A stretch of 64,000 nucleotides of DNA from a virus. Below are positions 58,751 to 64,000 of the stretch, one piece after another. The stretch is taken from IMG/VR virus record IMGVR_UViG_3300010218_000006, positions 1 through 64,000 of that record; one strand, 5' to 3'. The position numbers and the translations under genes are program-made. The notes beneath the pieces are model-generated. The model saw nothing but the letters and a program-made list of their open reading frames with translations, ran no database searches and was not told where the DNA came from. Within the stretch, counting starts at the first letter, position 1. Each line of letters begins with the position of its first letter.

Positions 58751-58966
58751 ATGAAACATAAATTGCCAGAAAGCTTCACACCTAGCCGCACATTTCTTTC
58801 TCCTGAGCGTCTTGAAGAGGAGTCTTTTGAGGACTACAAGCGTCGCCGTAAGGCTGGCAATGCTTATGTGAATCAAACACGGACGAAGATGTTTTGGGAT
58901 AGCTATAATCAGGGCACGTATGCATGTCGTCCAAATGCCGTGCAACATGGGCAAGGGATTTGTTGA
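58751..58966 (+). CDS. hypothetical basic protein
   Basis: Start at Met23. 71 aa. Confidence 0.45.
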   Translation: MKHKLPESFTPSRTFLSPERLEEESFEDYKRRRKAGNAYVNQTRTKMFWDSYNQGTYACRPNAVQHGQGIC

Positions 58967-59145
58967 TGACATTTCTAATTCTGCTGGCTACATTTCTTGG
59001 CTTAATGTTTTGGTCAAAGAAACTGAGTGATAAAGACAACTACTCATGCTACCTCACTGCATCTGCGGGAGGACTTGTTGCAATCGCGCTAATTTGTGAC
59101 GGAATCTACGAGATTTATAAGCATGTCAGTGTGGCATTTAGTTGA
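58966..59145 (+). CDS. membrane protein (59 aa)
   Basis: Start at Met15. Two hydrophobic helices. Confidence 0.4.
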   Translation: MTFLILLATFLGLMFWSKKLSDKDNYSCYLTASAGGLVAIALICDGIYEIYKHVSVAFS

Positions 59146-59170
59146 CATGAGGAATTAGTTAGTATATAAT
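59142..59170 (+). promoter_or_regulatory. consensus promoter TTGACA-N17-TATAAT immediately upstream of tRNA
   Basis: TTGACATGAGGAATTAGTTAGTATATAAT. The -10 element ends 11 nt before tRNA position 1. Confidence 0.7.
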
Positions 59171-59181
59171 GACGTTTCACT

Positions 59182-59256
59182 CTCTCGTTAGCTCAGCGGA
59201 ATTAGAGCAACGGGTTTCTACTCCGTAGGTCGTAAGTTCGAATCTTACACGAGAGG
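59182..59256 (+). tRNA. tRNA-Arg (anticodon UCU); CCA encoded at 59257-59259
   Basis: Hand-folded cloverleaf: acceptor CTCTCGT/ACGAGAG, D stem GCTC/GAGC, anticodon stem ACGGG/TCCGT with loop TTTCTAC, and T arm GTAAG-TTCGAAT-CTTAC. Confidence 0.9.
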
Positions 59257-59276
59257 CCAAATTTTAAAGGGGCTAA

Positions 59277-59561
59277 ATGCTTAAATTTATCGGAAGCTTC
59301 GCTCTAAGCGTTGCAGAATATTTCCTAGACGCTTATGTGCTTACAGTGCTGTGGAGTTGGTTTATTGTCACAACATTTCATCTGCCTGAGTTGACAATCT
59401 ATGCAGCTATGGGTGTGGCGTTGGTTGTGAATTACCTCACTAAGCAATCTGATCTTGCACCAAAAGAAATTGAAGATAAAGTCTTCAAAGAGCATGTATT
59501 TGGTTTTATAAAGCCATTGCTAGGCTTGCTGATCGGCTGGAGTATCAAGATTTGTATGTAG
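59277..59561 (+). CDS. membrane protein
   Basis: 94 aa with three hydrophobic segments. Confidence 0.5.
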   Translation: MLKFIGSFALSVAEYFLDAYVLTVLWSWFIVTTFHLPELTIYAAMGVALVVNYLTKQSDLAPKEIEDKVFKEHVFGFIKPLLGLLIGWSIKICM

Positions 59562-59564
59562 GAA

Positions 59565-59580
59565 TTCTCATTCTTGAGAA
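59565..59580. repeat. TTCTCA-N4-TGAGAA motif copy
   Basis: TTCTCATTCTTGAGAA, 3 nt after the stop at 59559-59561. Confidence 0.9.
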
Positions 59581-59645
59581 TAGGCTTGTACAAAAGCCTC
59601 TTTAAGCAAGTGCATTGTACAATTTTAACGAAAAGGAAATACCAA

Positions 59646-60278
59646 GTGGTAGATAAGAAACAAGTGTATGGCGTTCTGGAAGGCACTCTTGCCTATGCAA
59701 AAATTGCTCAAGCAGACACGAAGTATCAGTCCAAAGATACTGAATACTCAATTCAAGTAATTGTTGACGAAGATGCCGCAGATGCTTGGGACGAGCAATT
59801 CAAGAAGCAGCCTGCAAAGAAAATCAAGGCAACAGAGTTTGAGGGGAAATACAAATTCCCTTGCCCAATCAAGGGAGCAAAGAATGTCTTTGCAATCACT
59901 CTGAAGCGTGATGCTACAAAAGACGGTGAACCATTCTACCCTGAGAATCGTCCGAAGGTTTTTCTCGACACAGAAGAAGGTCGTCTCGATATCACAGAGT
60001 CACGACTGATTGCAAACGGCTCTGTCGGAAAAGTATCTTACCGCATCAACGAGAATGATTTTGGGCGATTCGCCAAGCTTGCAAATGTGCTGCTGAATGA
60101 AGACGGCTTCGTTGAGTATGTGAGCACAGGCGGTGGCAAGGCTGGCTCTGAGTTTGGAGATGATAAGCCTGTTGTCAAAGAAGCCCCTCGCGAAGAAGCT
60201 ACTAAGGCTCGTAAGCCAAAAGCTGAAAAGCCTGTTCAAGAGACTTCTGAAGATGGTGAGGATTCACCGCCGTTTTAA
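59646..60278 (+). CDS. ssDNA-binding protein (T7 gp2.5-like / DUF2815-like)
   Basis: GTG start. Acidic C-terminal tail ...SEDGEDSPPF typical of SSB tails. Located in the replisome gene neighbourhood. Confidence 0.5.
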   Translation: MVDKKQVYGVLEGTLAYAKIAQADTKYQSKDTEYSIQVIVDEDAADAWDEQFKKQPAKKIKATEFEGKYKFPCPIKGAKNVFAITLKRDATKDGEPFYPENRPKVFLDTEEGRLDITESRLIANGSVGKVSYRINENDFGRFAKLANVLLNEDGFVEYVSTGGGKAGSEFGDDKPVVKEAPREEATKARKPKAEKPVQETSEDGEDSPPF

Positions 60279-60289
60279 TCTGTATCGAT

Positions 60290-60326
60290 GCCTGCAAGCT
60301 CAAAAGGCTTTGCAGGCTTTTTGTTT
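60290..60326 (+). terminator. rho-independent terminator
   Basis: GCCTGCAA-N12-TTGCAGGC followed by TTTTTGTTT. Confidence 0.7.
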
Positions 60327-60336
60327 AGGAGAGTTA

Positions 60337-61125
60337 ATGACGCAACATAGTAAAGAATTAGAAGCAATCAAGAACGCTGCATACCACTTCCTGCCATCTG
60401 GCGCATTTATTGCCGGAGGCTCTTTGACAAGTGTATTTACAAACAGCCCGATCAATGATGTCGATATCTACTTTAAAACGCAGAAAGATTTTATCCTTGC
60501 TGTGGGACAAGCATATGATGAAGGTTTGTGGTGCGTATCCGCATCTGATCGTGCTGTCACTTTCGTCAAGGATAGCTCTGTTATCCAGCTTATGCATTTT
60601 GATTTCTTTGCATCTGCTCAAGACATATTCGATGCCTTTGACTTCACTGTAGCAATGGCTGCATACGACATTGATAAAGAGGAATTTGTATTCCACGAGG
60701 ACTTCCTCAAACATGCCTCACAACGATTCTTACGCTTCCATAGCGGAACCCGTTACCCGTATGGCTCTTTGCTGCGTGTTCTCAAATACCAACAACGCGG
60801 ATACACGATTGGCAAAGGCGATTTGCTGCGCATTGGTTTGAGTCTTCAGAAAGTGACATTGAATACTTGGGAAGATTTGGCAACGGCTATTGGCGGGCAG
60901 TATGGAGAGAAAGCTTTGATTGAGACAGACAAGCAATTCTCTATTGACGCTGCTGTTGATTTGTTCAAAGAGTCTGAGTTTGTTGTGGCAAAGCAATCTG
61001 AAGCAATGCCGGGGAACGCTTATGACTTGTTGGAGAAGATTGGTGTGAGCGTTGACGGATTTGATGAAGTTGATATTGAATTCCTGAAGGGTTGGAAGTA
61101 TAGCAGCTTCCTCAAATTCAAATGA
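60337..61125 (+). CDS. nucleotidyltransferase-fold-like protein
   Basis: Start at Met69 (AGGAGAGTTAATG). Contains AGGSLTSVFTNSPINDVDIYF, a GS-x11-DxD pattern. Confidence 0.4.
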   Translation: MTQHSKELEAIKNAAYHFLPSGAFIAGGSLTSVFTNSPINDVDIYFKTQKDFILAVGQAYDEGLWCVSASDRAVTFVKDSSVIQLMHFDFFASAQDIFDAFDFTVAMAAYDIDKEEFVFHEDFLKHASQRFLRFHSGTRYPYGSLLRVLKYQQRGYTIGKGDLLRIGLSLQKVTLNTWEDLATAIGGQYGEKALIETDKQFSIDAAVDLFKESEFVVAKQSEAMPGNAYDLLEKIGVSVDGFDEVDIEFLKGWKYSSFLKFK

Positions 61126-62144
61126 CGACACTGTTATTTGACTATGACCCAATCTTGTACGCAGCAGGCAGTATTGGAGAAAAAAGAAGCATCAAAGTAG
61201 TGCATAATCAATCTGGGGATGAATACGAGTTTGATACACGAACTAAATTCTGGGGTCACTGGAAGACAAAATCTGGAGGTTGGTTAGCGGAGTACAATCT
61301 TGGAAAAGAAAGTCCACGCACTACAGATGAATTTACAATCACAGACGTACAAACTCCGGAGCCTATAGAGAACTGTTTGCATGTGATTAAGCGAATGATT
61401 GCTTCAACAGTGGAAGCCTTGGGCACTAGCACATATTACGGATATAGCGGTAAAGGTAAAGTGTTTCGAGAAGATGTCTCTACCATCTTAAAATACAAAG
61501 GCAACAGAGACGGCATGCTTAGGCCAATACATCTTGACGATCTGAAAGAGTATTTGTGTAAGTGGCATGCATGTGAAATTATTCAGAACATTGAGGCTGA
61601 CGACCAGTGTTCCATAGACAGCACAGCGGCTTGGAAGAAATGGAATAGGACAAAGAGCGATAAAGATAAATTGTATCTTGCCTTTGTAGATAAAGATTAT
61701 CTCCAGACAGCGGGTCACTTGTTCAATACAAACACACTTGCTCCCGTGTGCTCTTATGATGGTTTTGGTTGGCTGAAGATTAACGACAAAGGGGAGGTTA
61801 AAGGCAGAGGAAGGCTTTGGCTTTATCATCAAGTTATGAGCCAAGATGATTCTGATAATTATGCCGCAAATAGTGCATCGACAATGAAATGGGGAGAGAA
61901 ATCAAGCTATAAGTTGTTGAAGGATTGCAAGACCGATGTAGAGGCATTTCAAGCGATGCTTGAGGGCTACAAGAAACTCTACCCTGCTAAGAAGGTAATT
62001 ACTGGCTGGCGCGGTAATGAGATTGAGATTGATTGGTTGTACGTTCTCCAAGAAAACTTCAACCTTGCCAAGATGATGCGAACTCCTGATGAAAAACTAA
62101 CAGATATTCGACAAGTGCTAACAACCCTCAAAATCCCACATTGA
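61122..62144 (+). CDS. 5'-3' exonuclease (T7 gp6-like)
   Basis: LLFDYDPILYAAG, IEADDQCS and FVDKDY acidic clusters in gp6-like order. Located in the replisome neighbourhood. Confidence 0.5.
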   Translation: MTTLLFDYDPILYAAGSIGEKRSIKVVHNQSGDEYEFDTRTKFWGHWKTKSGGWLAEYNLGKESPRTTDEFTITDVQTPEPIENCLHVIKRMIASTVEALGTSTYYGYSGKGKVFREDVSTILKYKGNRDGMLRPIHLDDLKEYLCKWHACEIIQNIEADDQCSIDSTAAWKKWNRTKSDKDKLYLAFVDKDYLQTAGHLFNTNTLAPVCSYDGFGWLKINDKGEVKGRGRLWLYHQVMSQDDSDNYAANSASTMKWGEKSSYKLLKDCKTDVEAFQAMLEGYKKLYPAKKVITGWRGNEIEIDWLYVLQENFNLAKMMRTPDEKLTDIRQVLTTLKIPH

Positions 62145-62154
62145 AAGGAACAAA

Positions 62155-62529
62155 ATGAATTTGCCAGAGAAGTTTACAGTTAAAAATACCTGCAATAAGC
62201 AAGTGTTTGAGGTAATACGTAACGAGGGGGCATATGCAGTGTTTCCAGTTGACAACTTGGGCAATTGGGGAGGGTTCTGCAGAGAGTCTGTAGAAAGCTT
62301 CATCGAACGCGGCTTGTGGGAAATTACTGAGGAAACTAAGCCATCTCTCCTTGAAAAACTCAAGCAACTAACCATTGACACTTCAACAAACGTCTTCATC
62401 GTCAACGGACAATATGAAGTGTATTTTGACGAGTTCAGCAACCCTGCTAAAGCATCTTCTGAAGAAGAACTTGAGAAAATTATTGATGCTATTCTTTTGT
62501 TGAATAAGGCTGTGAATGGGGAAGAATAA
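62155..62529 (+). CDS. hypothetical protein
   Basis: 124-aa ORF. Confidence 0.5.
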   Translation: MNLPEKFTVKNTCNKQVFEVIRNEGAYAVFPVDNLGNWGGFCRESVESFIERGLWEITEETKPSLLEKLKQLTIDTSTNVFIVNGQYEVYFDEFSNPAKASSEEELEKIIDAILLLNKAVNGEE

Positions 62530-63064
62530 GGAGCCTTGGGAAGCTTATCCTTCCATCTGGAAAAACAAAACAGCATTCTTTACATACTTACGAGGTCATT
62601 TAAGACTCTTATGGAGCCGTTATCCAGCGAAACTTCAGTGGAAAGCCAAGCAACTTATTACACCCCCAAAAGATTACACAGGCAGGGCGAAGAAGCTAGG
62701 TAAATGCCATTATTGCGGAGAATGGTTTGCGGCGAGCCACTTGGAGGTAGATCACGTAGAGCAGGCGGGTCAATGTAATTCTTGGGAAACTGCACATAAG
62801 TTCTTGGAGAACCTTTTAGACTGTAACAGTAATTGGGTGTTGGCAGATAAGGCTTGTCATAAAATAAAGAGTTACGCGGAAGCTCATGACATTTCCTTTG
62901 AAGAAGCTAGAGCAGAGAAGATGGCAATAGCATTCCTGAAAGAAAATAGTGTGAAAGAACAACTTGCTTATCTTCAAGAAAAGGGCTATAATTCTGTTAC
63001 AGTGTCAAATGCAGGAAAAAGGCGAGCAGCGTTGAAAGAAATCTTTCTTAAGGAGAAAATGTGA
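62516..63064 (+). CDS. HNH nuclease-like protein
   Basis: CHYCGEWFAASHLEVDHVEQ...ADKACHKIK (the C..C...H..DH...H arrangement). Confidence 0.5.
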   Translation: MGKNKEPWEAYPSIWKNKTAFFTYLRGHLRLLWSRYPAKLQWKAKQLITPPKDYTGRAKKLGKCHYCGEWFAASHLEVDHVEQAGQCNSWETAHKFLENLLDCNSNWVLADKACHKIKSYAEAHDISFEEARAEKMAIAFLKENSVKEQLAYLQEKGYNSVTVSNAGKRRAALKEIFLKEKM

Positions 63065-63966
63065 ATAGCGAAGAAATTAATGTTGGGGATTTTGTTGAGG
63101 TTGTTAATGAGGGTCGTAACTATGACTACTACAAGGATTGGGCAACAAAGTACCAGTTGAAAAGCTTCTTAAAAGGTAATCCTGCGCATATCGGCACGAA
63201 ATGTAAAGTTGTCGTAAAAGCCCCTCACGGGACATATAGTGACACTCTTCTCGGTATCGAAGACACATCTGGAAAACAATTCATCATTGGAATTGAAGGA
63301 GTGAAGAAAATTAATAAGCCTTTCACGCTACCTGAGAAGTTTATTATGAAATCTGAAGATACGTCTTGGCTAACTACACTTGTTGGTGATGCATATTACT
63401 GTGAAGCCACCATAAGTAAGTTCCATTCTGGTCCTTATACGGAAGAGCGTCTGACCAAAATTATTAAGGAGTGTGGCTACACAATCGAACCTATCGAAGA
63501 AGCTAACGGCGTAGACGGCGAAGGGAAGCCTTTCAATTTTACAAAGGAAATGCTTCGGCCCTTCATGCGTGTGAAGACGAAGAACGGGAGTATGTGGGCT
63601 GTTATTCCTAATGTGCAAGACAACGTGGACGACACTCTTGTACTATCTAGCGGCAACGGTTGGGAATGCTTTGGAACGGATTTTGAAGAAGACTATGAAA
63701 AACCCTATGAGGCTATAGAAGTGTACGAGTGCCCGACAAGTAACTACGAGATGGTTGATATCTCCAAAGTGGGAGAGCTTATTTGGAAAGCATATGCAAC
63801 GGGTGGAGTCATCTCTGAAGGCTTTGCAGAAGAAATTCCCAATGTTGAGAATAATGTTCTGCAAGAGAGTAATTTCGAGCAACGGCTGAAGCATATTGAG
63901 GATACGCTGGCTGCGGTTAATTCCAAGATTGCTAATCTTCAGCGGAATAATACACTCTTCCGTTGA
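63061..63966 (+). CDS. hypothetical protein
   Basis: 301-aa ORF with a GTG start overlapping the upstream stop. Confidence 0.5.
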   Translation: MNSEEINVGDFVEVVNEGRNYDYYKDWATKYQLKSFLKGNPAHIGTKCKVVVKAPHGTYSDTLLGIEDTSGKQFIIGIEGVKKINKPFTLPEKFIMKSEDTSWLTTLVGDAYYCEATISKFHSGPYTEERLTKIIKECGYTIEPIEEANGVDGEGKPFNFTKEMLRPFMRVKTKNGSMWAVIPNVQDNVDDTLVLSSGNGWECFGTDFEEDYEKPYEAIEVYECPTSNYEMVDISKVGELIWKAYATGGVISEGFAEEIPNVENNVLQESNFEQRLKHIEDTLAAVNSKIANLQRNNTLFR

Positions 63967-64000
63967 ATACAAGGAGCTATATTGAATAACGAAAAAGAAT

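Noticed and set aside
715-59580. TTCTCA-N4-TGAGAA palindromes as crossover sites (hix/gix/res-like) for the serine recombinase
   Set aside because: Invertase and resolvase sites are 26-30 bp, with about 12-bp half-sites and a 2-bp core. This motif is only 16 bp. One copy is an intron helix and the others hug stop codons, so an RNA or operator role is more likely.
1-64000. CRISPR arrays, rRNA genes, IS elements/transposases, integrase-attP modules
   Set aside because: No spaced direct-repeat arrays, no rRNA-like sequence, no transposase or tyrosine/large-serine integrase motifs, and no terminal inverted repeats were seen on either strand.

Overview
This window is a contiguous piece of a tailed dsDNA phage genome with siphovirus-type structural genes. 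There are no rRNA genes, CRISPR arrays or transposons. Layout: (i) 1-16865 on the minus strand holds the late module. In transcription order it runs small-terminase candidate, large terminase, portal, S49 prohead protease, scaffold, lambda-D-like decoration protein, lambda-E-like major capsid protein, head-tail connectors, a fibre/SGNH-esterase accessory block, neck and tail-terminator proteins, major tail protein, and a tail chaperone with a -1 frameshift. (ii) 16.9-26.7 kb contains short, mixed-orientation cassettes: PhoH, a ClpP-like protein, a serine recombinase, a split DNA methyltransferase, a 1.06-kb ORF-free region, and HTH proteins. (iii) 26.7-36.3 kb on the minus strand is an array of about 35 small early genes, driven by repeated extended -10 promoters. 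(iv) 36.5-64 kb on the plus strand is the nucleic-acid metabolism module. It carries an RNA ligase, an ATP-dependent DNA ligase, ThyX, a T7 gp4-like primase-helicase, a family A DNA polymerase, a gp2.5-like SSB, a gp6-like exonuclease, a lambda-type phosphatase and tRNA-Arg(UCU). The main discovery is that the large terminase gene is interrupted twice within 18 nt, both times inside its Walker A (P-loop) coding sequence. One interruption is a 257-nt ORF-less group I intron, which hides the true 28-codon 5' exon from the ORF track. The other is a 345-aa intein carrying a LAGLIDADG endonuclease and the class 3 (Trp-Cys-Thr) signature. Other notable items: at least six free-standing homing-endonuclease-like genes, one of them next to a diverged relic of the DNA ligase 5' end; a 16-bp palindrome TTCTCA-N4-TGAGAA that recurs at gene boundaries; many perfect TTGACA-N17-TATAAT promoters, including near-identical 29-mers in the late operon; two genes broken at homopolymer runs; and two ORF-poor, repeat-dense regions (23.7-24.8 kb and 32.6-33.0 kb) that are candidate origin, packaging or regulatory loci. 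All functional calls rest on motifs read by eye and on gene order. No database search was possible.
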